Shown in pieces: positions 22,864 to 32,102 of a stretch of 64,000 bases of DNA. A model generated the notes under the pieces. That model made no database searches and had not been told where the DNA came from. It was given only the letters and a program-made list of their open reading frames with translations. Where the stretch lies: NCBI GenBank assembly GCA_027593235.1, contig JAQCIU010000003.1, positions 64,001 through 128,000 of the forward strand. The letters are read 5' to 3'. This stretch comes from Chloroflexota bacterium (GTDB taxonomy: Bacteria; Chloroflexota; Dehalococcoidia; UBA2979). Within the stretch, counting starts at the first letter, position 1. The number at the start of each line of letters is the position of its first letter. The translations under genes were made by a program, and so were the position numbers.

Positions 22864-23922
22864 TCAGTGAGTCCCACGGAGCGAGGCGACCATCCCGCCG
22901 ATCGCGTCGAGGGCCTCGTGGCTACGTGCCACGATCACTCGTGAGCGGTGCAGCAATGCTTCGCGGAGCAGGAGTTCAGCGGCGTCGTCCTCGGTGTTGC
23001 CGGGGTCGAACGCGATGGTGTCGACCAGTCCGGCGCTGAGCTGCGTGCGGACATCGGTTGGCTCGGCAACGGCACGACCGTCGGCGGCGAGCCCGATCAA
23101 CCGTGCTATGTCGTGCTCCCGTGCGGCAGCCGCGGATGCCCGCGCTTCCGGCCAGACGCGGTCCGCGATGGCGTCGAGCGGCGTGCGGATGTCGAGGTGG
23201 GTGAGCGCCTCCACACGCTCGTTGAGCTGTGGTGGGAGCGCGCCGCGCAGAGGGCCGGTGATCACCTCGTCACCGGCAATCACCAGGTGATCGAGGTGAT
23301 TGGCCGCCATCTCCGCGGCGATCGTTTCGGCGATGTCGAGGGCAAATCGCTCGACGATGGTGTCTTGCGATCGCTGGTAGTTCGCTTCGCTCCAGCCGCC
23401 GAGTTGCGAGTGGTGAACGGTCTTCCACTGAGCGCGCTGCGGACCGGGCTCCTCGTGGGTGCCGCCACGATCGAGGCGGATCAGACGCGCGGCGTTGGTG
23501 TCGACGAGCGCGGCGAGGGTGCGCACTGCTTCCTGCGTCGCCTCGGCGATGGGGAGCAGGCGCGGGCGCTCACCGGAGTGAACGGCGGTCTCCACCGGCA
23601 CGCCGAGCGCGACGGTCCACCAGAGGCCACGTCCGTGGCAGGCGTAGATCGCGTATCCGGTCGCCGAGGGCAGCGCTTCGTCCGAGAGGAACGCCGTGAT
23701 GCGCTCGAGGTCGGCGTCGAACGATTCGCGGGCGGGGCCGCGGGTCGGCAAGAGCGCTTGCGCGGTGTGAAGATCCTTGCGGACGACGGTCTGTGCTTCG
23801 TGCAGTCCGCGCCCGCTGACGCGCCAGTCGACGTAGCAGGTGATGACCGGGTGTTCCGAGGGCTCCCAGGCCACGAGGACCTCGGGAATCCCGAGTTGGG
23901 GTTCGATCGCTGGTGTGTTCAT
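22864..23922 (-). CDS. Bacterial archaeo-eukaryotic release factor family (baeRF / Vms1-like) protein
   Basis: eRF1-like layout; ALVDTNAARL, GGWSEANYQR loop, LVIAGD, C-terminal GGMVASLR. Confidence 0.78.
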   Translation of the reverse strand: MNTPAIEPQLGIPEVLVAWEPSEHPVITCYVDWRVSGRGLHEAQTVVRKDLHTAQALLPTRGPARESFDADLERITAFLSDEALPSATGYAIYACHGRGLWWTVALGVPVETAVHSGERPRLLPIAEATQEAVRTLAALVDTNAARLIRLDRGGTHEEPGPQRAQWKTVHHSQLGGWSEANYQRSQDTIVERFALDIAETIAAEMAANHLDHLVIAGDEVITGPLRGALPPQLNERVEALTHLDIRTPLDAIADRVWPEARASAAAAREHDIARLIGLAADGRAVAEPTDVRTQLSAGLVDTIAFDPGNTEDDAAELLLREALLHRSRVIVARSHEALDAIGGMVASLRGTH

Positions 23923-24011
23923 GCATCCAGTGAAGGCCCTGCGCGGCGATCGGCGCAGTTGCAGCAGTCCCGGAGCGGTGTGACCAAAGCACCGCGATCG
24001 AGTGGGGCGCG

Positions 24012-25505
24012 CTACCGGTCGCGGGGCGGTGAGGGCGGTGAGGCCTCGGCCGCGAGCCGGCGTGCGAGGTTGAGGGCGCCCGCGGTGTCGGTGATGTCGC
24101 CGGCGGCGGCTGACTCGCGGATGGCCTCGAGGATTGCGCCGATGGCGGGGCCGGGCGGCAGGCCGGTGGCGGCGATGACGGCGGTGCCATCGACGATGCG
24201 CGCGATGTCCTGGGCGGAAGCCGGCGGGTGCCAGCAGGCGATCCGCTGTACGTGGCGGACGTAGGCCGGCCAGCGGGGTAGCAGTTCCTCCACGCCGGCG
24301 GTGGCGAGCGAGTCCGCGAGGAAGAGGAGGCAGACGTCAGGCGTGGCGTCGCCAAGCCGGAGGTGAAAGCGGTGGAGCGCCGCAGGCGACGGCGGTTCAC
24401 CAGGTGCGGCGACCTGGCCGGGGCGGAGGTGCTGTTGGAGGAGCAGCTTGACGCGCGCGGTGGTCCGCTCGGGGAAGCGCCAGGTGCGCAGCCGCGACGC
24501 CGCAATACGCGCGCCGACGGGGCCGTGCTCGAAGAAGCGGGTGCGGCCGTCCGGTTCGACGGAGCGCGTCGAGGGTTTGCCGACATCGTGCAGGAGTGTC
24601 GCGACGCGCAGGGTCGGGGCGTGAGCGGCGAGGTGGTCGCGGATCGCGCCCCAGCGGGTCTCCGGCCACGGCGCATCCCAGGTGTTGTGCCAGATCGCCG
24701 CGCTCGACGGATCGTCCGGGGGCGCGGGTGCGAGCAGGACGTCCAGCCATTCGAGGGCGACGAGCTGGTGTTCGAGTACGTCCCAGGTGTGATGCGGCCG
24801 TTGGCCGATGCCGAGTTCGTCGAGCAGTTCGGGGAAGCAGACCTCGAGGAGCCGTGTTTGATCGAGCAGTCGGACGCCGGTCGCGGAGCGAGGGCTGGCG
24901 AAGAGCAGCGTCAGTTCGTGGCCGACACGCTCCGCGGCGACCCGTTGGAGCGGGCCAGCCGCTGCCTCGATGGAGCGCAGCGTGTTCGCCTCGATGGTGA
25001 AGGCGAGGGTGGTGGCGAGCCGGACGGCGCGGAGTGCGCGCAGCGGATCCTCAGGGATCGCGGTGGCGGCGAGCTGGCGGATCAGCCGCCGATCGAGGTC
25101 GGCGAGGCCGCCGTGGGGATCGATCACGGTGGAGCGTTCGATCGCGGCGATGCGATCGGGCAGCGCGGTGAGCGGGAGCGCGAGCGCGTTGATCGTGAAG
25201 TCGCGGCGAGCGAGGTCCGCGTCGCGGGCGCCGTGCTGCGGGGTGACGTCGATCCAGCCGTCCTCGAGTGGTACGCGGCGCAGTTCGTGCGGCCCGCCCA
25301 GCGGGACGACCGAGGAGCCGACGATCGCGGCGAGGGCGCGTGCCGCCTCGGCGGGTGTTGGGCTGGCGATGTCCAACTCGGCGACGGGGCGAACGAGGAG
25401 CGCGTCGCGGACGGCGCCGCCGACGAGGTAGGCCGCGGACAGCGCGGGCTGCCGCGCGGCCTGAGCGCTGATTGCGGCAACGGCGGCGGAGATGCTGAGC
25501 GGCAT
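24012..25505 (-). CDS. Class II tRNA nucleotidyltransferase with HD domain (probably CC-adding type)
   Basis: YLVGGAVRD, ELDIA, RRDFTINA, DPHGGLADL, EDPLRALR, ER, LLHDVGK; start ATG 25505. Confidence 0.88.
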   Translation of the reverse strand: MPLSISAAVAAISAQAARQPALSAAYLVGGAVRDALLVRPVAELDIASPTPAEAARALAAIVGSSVVPLGGPHELRRVPLEDGWIDVTPQHGARDADLARRDFTINALALPLTALPDRIAAIERSTVIDPHGGLADLDRRLIRQLAATAIPEDPLRALRAVRLATTLAFTIEANTLRSIEAAAGPLQRVAAERVGHELTLLFASPRSATGVRLLDQTRLLEVCFPELLDELGIGQRPHHTWDVLEHQLVALEWLDVLLAPAPPDDPSSAAIWHNTWDAPWPETRWGAIRDHLAAHAPTLRVATLLHDVGKPSTRSVEPDGRTRFFEHGPVGARIAASRLRTWRFPERTTARVKLLLQQHLRPGQVAAPGEPPSPAALHRFHLRLGDATPDVCLLFLADSLATAGVEELLPRWPAYVRHVQRIACWHPPASAQDIARIVDGTAVIAATGLPPGPAIGAILEAIRESAAAGDITDTAGALNLARRLAAEASPPSPPRDR

Positions 25506-25522
25506 ATGCGGACGGACGGCGG

Positions 25523-26995
25523 TCAGTTCCAGCTGTGGTTGTCGAACGACCAGTCGAGCAGTTCCGCGGCCTGCCCGTAGCGATCGCTGGAGTTCAGCAG
25601 CACGACGTAGAGACGGTGACCATCGCGCATCGCGGAGCCGACGAAGGTGCGGCCGGCGTCGTCGGTGAAGCCGGTCTTCACGCCATCGGCATCCTTGTAG
25701 GAGTTCAGGAAGCCGTTGATGTTGTACATCGTCATCCGGCGGCTGCCGTTGGCGGTCCAGACGCTGGATGACACCGTGCTGCGGAATTCCGGGATCTGCA
25801 TGCCGTAGCGGGCGAGCATCGCGAGGTCGTAGGCGGAGGAGACGTGGCCGACGGCATCGAGGCCGTGTGGGTTGGCGAAGTTGCTGTCGGTCAGGCCGAG
25901 CCTGGTGAGCAGCGTGTTCATCTGGTTGACGAAGGCGGCGTCGGATCCGGCCTCGAAACGGGCGATGGCGAGCGCGGCGTCGTTGCCCGAGCGGAGCATC
26001 AGACCGTGGAGAAGGTCGCGGACCTGGAAACAGTCGCCGGGCTGCAGGCCCATCACGCTGCTGCCAATCATCCTGCGACTGTCCACCTCGTTGGTGACCC
26101 ATGCGTCGAGATCGGTGCCTTCGATCGCGAGGATCGCGGTGGCGATCTTCGTGAGGCTCGCGGGGGCGAGCGCCCGGTGTTCGTTGTTCCCGTAGAGGAC
26201 GGCGCCGGAGGCCTCGTCGATCACGATGGCGGCGGCGGAGTCGACGGACGAGGCTGGCACGCCGGTGGTCAGCGTGGGTGCGAGGCCGGTCGTGAGCGGG
26301 GCGGAGGCGGCGGGTACGCGCGAGCTGGCGGCCGTCGCCTGGTTGGCGGGCCCGCCGCAGAGGAGGAGGAGGCCGGTGCCGGCTGGCACCTGCTCGCCAC
26401 CGAAGTGGGCGAACCACGCCTGGTTGACGAACGCCGGGGAGCCCGGCCGGTAGCCGACGAACGCGCCGTTGACCACGGTAAAGATGCCGGACAGATCGCA
26501 GCCACCGGCGAGCGCGGTATTGACGATGCCGCTGAGGGTGCCGCCACCCCAGGACTGGATGCTGATGCCGCGTGCGGGCAACGCGCCGGACAGGCCCGGT
26601 CGAGTCGAGCTGGCACTCACGGCGCAACTGGGGGTGACCGCGGTGTACGGCTCGAGGAACTCGTCGGCCATCCAGCCGCTCTGGGTGCCGATGGAGACGC
26701 GCTGCCAGCGGTATTCGCCGACGATTTCGGCGCCCTCGAGGACCGTCACGAGGGAGCCGTCGGCGAAACAGTCGAGGCGTTCGCCATCGGGAGCGTCGCG
26801 CAAGCGGAGGCAGCTCCCGTCGGCGCGAATCACGGCGGTAGTGCCGGCGACGAGGGGTTCGGTGCGGATCGCCTCGGTGCGGCTGACCGCGGGCACGGGC
26901 TGGGGTGTGGCGGCGGCGAGGGCGCTCGTGGGGAGCACGGACAACAGCACCGCGAGGAGCGAGAGGATCAGGAGTGGACGGGCACCATGTCGCAC
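25523..26995 (-). CDS. D-alanyl-D-alanine carboxypeptidase (S11) with signal peptide and SH3-like domain
   Basis: ASLTK, SGN, KTG; N-terminal CLRLRDAP...GWMADEFL SH3b-like region. Confidence 0.9.
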   Translation of the reverse strand: MRHGARPLLILSLLAVLLSVLPTSALAAATPQPVPAVSRTEAIRTEPLVAGTTAVIRADGSCLRLRDAPDGERLDCFADGSLVTVLEGAEIVGEYRWQRVSIGTQSGWMADEFLEPYTAVTPSCAVSASSTRPGLSGALPARGISIQSWGGGTLSGIVNTALAGGCDLSGIFTVVNGAFVGYRPGSPAFVNQAWFAHFGGEQVPAGTGLLLLCGGPANQATAASSRVPAASAPLTTGLAPTLTTGVPASSVDSAAAIVIDEASGAVLYGNNEHRALAPASLTKIATAILAIEGTDLDAWVTNEVDSRRMIGSSVMGLQPGDCFQVRDLLHGLMLRSGNDAALAIARFEAGSDAAFVNQMNTLLTRLGLTDSNFANPHGLDAVGHVSSAYDLAMLARYGMQIPEFRSTVSSSVWTANGSRRMTMYNINGFLNSYKDADGVKTGFTDDAGRTFVGSAMRDGHRLYVVLLNSSDRYGQAAELLDWSFDNHSWN

Positions 26996-27088
26996 GGGGC
27001 TACTGCCTCACGAACACCCGCCTACCCCAGCATACGACAGCGGGACACGGTCACCAAACCGCCCGCCAGTGCATGACCTCCGCCCCTG

Positions 27089-27102
27089 CTGATCGCGATC
27101 AA
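27089..27102. promoter_or_regulatory. FNR-like box CTGAT-CGCG-ATCAA upstream of the USP operon
   Basis: 9/10 match to TTGAT-N4-ATCAA, 32 bp before the USP ATG. Confidence 0.4.
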
Positions 27103-27134
27103 CGAGGGGTAGCGTTCGTGTGGAGGAGGACGCC

Positions 27135-27554
27135 ATGTTCAAACACGTTCTGGTTCCGATGGATGGTTCAGATCACGCACGCGCGGCGCTCGACCTCGCG
27201 GTCGAGTTGGCCGATGAGCACGATGCCGAGGTGACGGTGCTGGGCGCGCTGGACGCGGAGGCGCTGATGCAGGCGCCGTTCAACGCCGCGATCACGGACG
27301 CGTCGCTGGCGGCGTACCAGCGATACGTCGATGCGCAGCTCCTCCACGTGCCGGAGGCGCGGCGCGGCAAGGCCGTCGCTCGCTATGGTGAGCCGGCCAC
27401 CTTGATTTCCGCATACGCGAAGGAACAGGGCGCCGACGTAATCGTGATGAGCACCCACGGGTTGGGTGCGAAGGGCGGTTACGCACTCGGCAGTGTCGCG
27501 CTGAAGGTGTTGCAGCATGCGCCGTGTCCGGTCCTGTTGAAGCGGATCGACTGA
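27135..27554 (+). CDS. Universal stress protein (UspA family)
   Basis: MFKHVLVPMDGS, DVIVMSTHG, LGSVA..VL..APCPVL; GGAGGAGG RBS. Confidence 0.93.
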   Translation: MFKHVLVPMDGSDHARAALDLAVELADEHDAEVTVLGALDAEALMQAPFNAAITDASLAAYQRYVDAQLLHVPEARRGKAVARYGEPATLISAYAKEQGADVIVMSTHGLGAKGGYALGSVALKVLQHAPCPVLLKRID

Positions 27555-28348
27555 GCAGCGGGGCGCCGGGAGGCGGTCCCGGGACCGCCCTGTTCGGCGT
27601 CGATTCGGTTGTCCGACGGGTGAACGGCGAGGGCGCACTGCTGATCGGCGGCGGGCGGGCGTTGCTGATGCAGATCGCGCATCCGCTGGTGGCGCAGGGC
27701 GTCGCCGAGCACTCGGATTTCGCACACGATCGGATTGGGCGGCTGCTGCGGACGCTGCGGCCGGTCTACGCGATCAGTTTCGGGACACCGGCGCAGGCGG
27801 AGGCCGCCGCGGCACGCGTGCGGCATCGTCACGAGGCGGTGAGCGGCAGCGGCTATCGGGCGACCGATCCGGAGTTGCTGCTCTGGGTGCACGCGACGCT
27901 GATCGACTCCGCACTGCTGACGTACCAGCGGTTCGTGCAGCCGCTCTCGCGGCGCGATGCGGAGCGGTACTACGAGGAAAGCGGGCGGATCGGCGAGCTG
28001 TTCGGCGTGCCGCCTTCGATGCTGCCCGCTGACCTCGAGGGGTTCGAGCGGTACGTCGCGGGGACGGTGGCGGAACTGGCGGTGAGCGCAACGGCGAGGC
28101 GGATCGCGCAGACGATCTTCACGCCCGATCCGCTGTGGCTGGCGCCGGCGCTGCTGCTGGCACGGGAGGCGACGGCCGGGCTGTTGCCACCTCGATTGCG
28201 CGATCAGTACGGGCTGCGCTGGGGTTCACCTCGGGCGCGGCTGCTCAGCGGGCTGGCGGCCGGGTCGCGTGCGGTGCTGCCGCGGCTCCCGCGGACGTGG
28301 CGTGCGCCGCCTCGGCCGTTTCTCCCCGCGGGGGTCACCGTCGTGTAA
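27524..28348 (+). CDS. Oxygenase MpaB / DUF2236 family protein (start uncertain)
   Basis: GGGRALLMQIAHPLVAQGV.EHSDF, YRATDPELLLWVHATL. Confidence 0.88.
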   Translation: MSGPVEADRLSSGAPGGGPGTALFGVDSVVRRVNGEGALLIGGGRALLMQIAHPLVAQGVAEHSDFAHDRIGRLLRTLRPVYAISFGTPAQAEAAAARVRHRHEAVSGSGYRATDPELLLWVHATLIDSALLTYQRFVQPLSRRDAERYYEESGRIGELFGVPPSMLPADLEGFERYVAGTVAELAVSATARRIAQTIFTPDPLWLAPALLLAREATAGLLPPRLRDQYGLRWGSPRARLLSGLAAGSRAVLPRLPRTWRAPPRPFLPAGVTVV

Positions 28349-28419
28349 CTTCTGGTGGCTCGTGGTCGACGCCCGAACCGGGCGTGGCGGATGCGCGCTG
28401 GATCGAGGTTTCAGAGACC

Positions 28420-30114
28420 GTGACCGTGGAGACCCTGCCGCAATTGCTCGCGCAGAGCGTGGCGACGTACAGCGAACGGATGGCGTTCCGCGCGCCGTGG
28501 AACGGCGCGCTGGAGTCGATCACGTTCGCGGAGCTGGGCCTGCGGGCCGCCGGTGCCGCCGAGGCGCTGGCGAGCGACGTGCATCCGGGTGAGTTCGTAC
28601 TGCTGGGCGCGCCCAATTCGCTGCCGTGGGTAATCGCGTTCTACGGGATCCTCGTGCGTGGCGCGGTGCCGGTTCCGGTCGACACGGAGATGCCGGACGA
28701 GGCGCTGACCGCGATTGTCGCGGAGCTGCGGCCGGCGGCGGTGATTGGCGACGACGAGTTCCTGGAGCGGGTGGGTGAGCTGCGCACTCGCCGGATCTCC
28801 GTCGAGGAAGTGCACGACTGGCCGGAATCCGAGGCGCCGCTTGCTCCGGCAGGAGGCCCCGATCCGGATTCGGTGGCGTTGCTGCTCTACACCGGCGGGA
28901 CCACCGGGCACCCCAAGGGCGTGATGCTGAGTCACCGCAACATGCTGGCCGGCATCGAGGCGACGGTCGACGCGGCTGGGATCGTCGACGACGACGTGCT
29001 GTTCGTGGTGTTGCCGCTGTTCCACGTCTTCCCACTCACCACGGGCTGCCTGACGCCGATGGCCGCGGGGATCCCGGCCGAGCTGGAGTACCGGTTGCTG
29101 CGGGTGGCGTCGCGCGCGGCGGAGACGCCGCCGACGATCTTCCTGGGCGTGCCGGCGCTGTTCGAGACGCTGCTGCGACAGGTGGAGCGGAACGCGCACG
29201 GTGGCGTAAAGGGCGCCTATTTCAAGGCGGCGCGCGGTTTCAACACGTTCCTGATCCGCAGCATCGGCGTGAACCTCGGACGGTTGTTGTTCCGTCCGGT
29301 GCACCAGGCGCTGGGCGGGCGGCTGCGCTTCATGGTGAGCGGTGGGGCACGCCTCGATCCGGCGGTGCACCGCGGGATGATGGCGATCGGGCTGCCGGTG
29401 ATTCAGGGCTACGGGCTGAGCGAAGCGGCGCCGGTGGTGACCGGGCAGCGCTTCATTGGACGCGACTACTGGTGGCGGGCGCGCCGCTACTGGGGACAGA
29501 TCGGCTCGGTCGGCTGGCCGCTGCTCAACGTCGAGATCGCGATTGAGCCGGACGAGCATTCCGAGCCCGGCGAGGGGGAACTGGTGGTGCGCGCGCCGAA
29601 CGTCATGATGGGCTACTACCAGCGGCCGGCGGACACGGCGCGGGTACTGCGCGACGGGACGCTGCACACCGGCGACCTGGCGCGGATCGATAGCCGAGGG
29701 CACGTCTGGATTACGGGCCGCGCGAGCCTGGTGATCAGCATGCCGAACGGCAAGCAGGTGAACCTGGAGACGTTCGAGGCGGACCTGTTGGAGGCGGCGG
29801 AGATCGCGCAGATCCGGCTGACGGTGGAGCAGGAGCCGCACTGGCAGCTTGTGGCAACGGTGTTCCCGAGCGCGGACGCGCTGGCGCCCGGCGACATCAC
29901 TGATGCCGATCGACTGCAACGAGTGATCCGCGACGCGGTGCGGCGGGAGAGTCGGTCGTTGCCGTCCTGGCTGCGCGTGGACGAGGTGCGGCTCACCGAT
30001 GAGCCATTCCCGGTCACGCGCCTGGGCAAGCTGCGGCGCGTGGAACGGTCAGAGCACGCCTTCGACTTCGAACGGTGGCAGGGACACATACGCGCGCTGG
30101 TGGAGACGGCCTAG
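28420..30114 (+). CDS. Long-chain acyl-CoA synthetase (AMP-binding)
   Basis: YTGGTTGHPKG, QGYGLSE, TGDL, ITGR, TRLGK. Confidence 0.9.
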   Translation: MTVETLPQLLAQSVATYSERMAFRAPWNGALESITFAELGLRAAGAAEALASDVHPGEFVLLGAPNSLPWVIAFYGILVRGAVPVPVDTEMPDEALTAIVAELRPAAVIGDDEFLERVGELRTRRISVEEVHDWPESEAPLAPAGGPDPDSVALLLYTGGTTGHPKGVMLSHRNMLAGIEATVDAAGIVDDDVLFVVLPLFHVFPLTTGCLTPMAAGIPAELEYRLLRVASRAAETPPTIFLGVPALFETLLRQVERNAHGGVKGAYFKAARGFNTFLIRSIGVNLGRLLFRPVHQALGGRLRFMVSGGARLDPAVHRGMMAIGLPVIQGYGLSEAAPVVTGQRFIGRDYWWRARRYWGQIGSVGWPLLNVEIAIEPDEHSEPGEGELVVRAPNVMMGYYQRPADTARVLRDGTLHTGDLARIDSRGHVWITGRASLVISMPNGKQVNLETFEADLLEAAEIAQIRLTVEQEPHWQLVATVFPSADALAPGDITDADRLQRVIRDAVRRESRSLPSWLRVDEVRLTDEPFPVTRLGKLRRVERSEHAFDFERWQGHIRALVETA

Positions 30115-30171
30115 CCACAAGCGCGTGCAGCGAGGCGGCCGCACGGCGGCGAGCCCGCGAGGGTTCGAGGG

Positions 30172-31140
30172 TTATTGGGCGGTTGGCCAGTCGCTCGCCG
30201 CGGATGACAGCGGGACCTCGAGGGCATCATCGCCGGGAAGCGTAGTCGCGGAGGGGTTCGGAGCGGGCGCGTCCGCCGCCGAGGTGGCGCTCGTCGCGGC
30301 GGCGGCGGCGGCGGCAACGGCTGCGCGGTTGGCGGAGGCGACCTCGCGGGTGCGGCGTTCCTCGGCGGTGCGTTCGGAGCGGCGCTTCAGGTTCTGCAGG
30401 TGCGCCAGCATCATCACGACGTCGCCGGCTTCCCCGAGCAGGGCGGCGAGCTGCGCGAGCGGGCTGGCGGATGCGCGGCCGCGGATGCGCTCGACCAAGC
30501 GGGTGTTGTAGTCGTCGATCGGTTCGAGCCAGAAGAGCCAGCTCACGGTACCGAGGCGGCCCTCGCCGGCGAGCACGAGGAAGCGCTCCGGTTCGACATC
30601 GTGCACGCGGAAGGCGGTGCGCGGGCCGGTCGGCACCTCATCGCCGATCGCGAGCTGCTGGTATTGCGGGAGCGGGCGCTGTGCGCTGGGACGTCCGAGG
30701 TTGTCGAGCAGATCGAGCGAGTACCAGCCACCGCGGCCGTAGCCCATCTGAACGATCCAGGGCCAGATGTCGGATGCGCGGGCCTCGATGGTGATGGCGC
30801 GTGTGATCACCTCGGCGTGGCCGAAGAGGTCGTCGCCGGGGTAGGTGCGGCGGAGTTCGGCCTGGTTCGCACCGAGACGGCGGAGCCAGGGGCGAACGAG
30901 GAGCCAGCCGGTGCCGAGGTAGGCGAGCACGTTGACCGCGCGGAGGGCGCGCTGGCGCTTCGGGGTCGGCGGTTCGTACCAGGGCAGCCAGCGCCAATTC
31001 GGCAGCGACACCCAGTCCGGGAGCGCGCGCAGGAGGCGACGCCGCAGCGAGCGGCGACGACGAAGCGACAGCCCTCGGTGGCGCCGGGGTAGGTGAGGTT
31101 CGGGAAGCTGGGAGCGCCAGCTCCGGCTACGTCGGATCAC
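30172..31140 (-). CDS. SRPBCC-like protein with Arg-rich N-terminus and low-complexity C-terminus
   Basis: YPGDDL...TRAITI.A...IWPWIVQMGYGRGGWYS.D.LDN. Confidence 0.78.
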   Translation of the reverse strand: MIRRSRSWRSQLPEPHLPRRHRGLSLRRRRSLRRRLLRALPDWVSLPNWRWLPWYEPPTPKRQRALRAVNVLAYLGTGWLLVRPWLRRLGANQAELRRTYPGDDLFGHAEVITRAITIEARASDIWPWIVQMGYGRGGWYSLDLLDNLGRPSAQRPLPQYQQLAIGDEVPTGPRTAFRVHDVEPERFLVLAGEGRLGTVSWLFWLEPIDDYNTRLVERIRGRASASPLAQLAALLGEAGDVVMMLAHLQNLKRRSERTAEERRTREVASANRAAVAAAAAAATSATSAADAPAPNPSATTLPGDDALEVPLSSAASDWPTAQ

Positions 31141-31177
31141 GGTCGTTCCCCGTGCATGGTCATTCCGCCCGCCGGAT

Positions 31178-31253
31178 TGTGGATGAGCGTATCACTCATC
31201 GGCATTCACCGATGATCGGCTGGTTTGTCCACAACTGGCAAGACCGTGGATAG
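31178..31253. promoter_or_regulatory. Cluster of three DnaA-box-like 9-mers
   Basis: TGTGGATGA 31178-86, TTGTCCACA 31225-33, CGTGGATAG 31245-53 in a 116-bp intergenic gap. Confidence 0.5.
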
Positions 31254-31256
31254 CGG

Positions 31257-31928
31257 TCAGCGTTGCCGCTTCGCCAGCCAGTCGCGAATAAAGGGGTTCG
31301 AGGCGCGCTCGTCGCCGATCGAGGTTTGCTGCATGTGGCCGGGCAGCACCGTGGTCTCGTCCGGAAGCGCGAGCAGGCGATCGCAGATGCTCGTCATCTC
31401 CTCGTCGAAGTCGCCGCCGGGAAAGTCGGTGCGGCCGATTGAACCTCGGAAGAGGGTGTCGCCGCTGAAGAGCAGGCCTTCGTCGGCGTAGTAGCTCACG
31501 GAGCCGGGCGTGTGGCCGGGCGTGGCGATCGCGCGGAGGCGCAGCCCGGCCACCTCGAGGATGTCGCCGTCGCTGACGAAGGCGGTTGGATCGGGCGGCG
31601 GGTCGTTGGGATCGAGGCCGAAGCGCTCCGCCGAGCTGCGGAAGCCGTCGCGGAGGAGCGCCAGATCGGCCTCGTGGAGGAGGAACCCGGCGCCGGTGGC
31701 GCGATGCACGCCGGCGACGCCGAGGATGTGATCGATGTGGGCGTGCGAGTTGGCGATGACCTTGATCGTCACGCCCATGTCCTTCGCGAGCGCGAGCACC
31801 TCGTCCGGCTGATCGCCGGGGTCGATACAGATCGCCTCGCCAGTCTGGCGGCTGCCGACCACCCAGCAGTTCTCCTGGAACACGCCGACGACGATGCCGC
31901 GGACCATCAGTTCGTTCGCTACTTCCAT
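31257..31928 (-). CDS. MBL-fold metallo-hydrolase (glyoxalase II/YcbL-like)
   Basis: QENC, DPGD, SHAHIDH, TPGHTPGS, SGDTLF, PGH. Confidence 0.92.
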   Translation of the reverse strand: MEVANELMVRGIVVGVFQENCWVVGSRQTGEAICIDPGDQPDEVLALAKDMGVTIKVIANSHAHIDHILGVAGVHRATGAGFLLHEADLALLRDGFRSSAERFGLDPNDPPPDPTAFVSDGDILEVAGLRLRAIATPGHTPGSVSYYADEGLLFSGDTLFRGSIGRTDFPGGDFDEEMTSICDRLLALPDETTVLPGHMQQTSIGDERASNPFIRDWLAKRQR

Positions 31929-32102
31929 TGGTCCACGGTCCCCCCGGCGTCGCGCCGCGTCAAGCGCGACCGGCGTCGCCTCGGCGCGACCGGGACCTCG
32001 GCGAGGTGCGGGTGCGACCTTCGCCTCCTCTCGCGGTGTGTCGCGTGGACTACGCTGCGGATCGCGTGACGCGCCAGCGTCGTCGCGCGTGACGGAGGCC
32101 GT

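Noticed and set aside
24012-26627. 871-aa nucleotidyltransferase with long N-terminal extension
   Set aside because: The extension is an Arg-rich off-frame overlap of the DacA gene; the real start is about 25505.
31141-31256. Replication origin (oriC)
   Set aside because: Only three boxes, no AT-rich unwinding element and no dnaA/dnaN/gyrB context.
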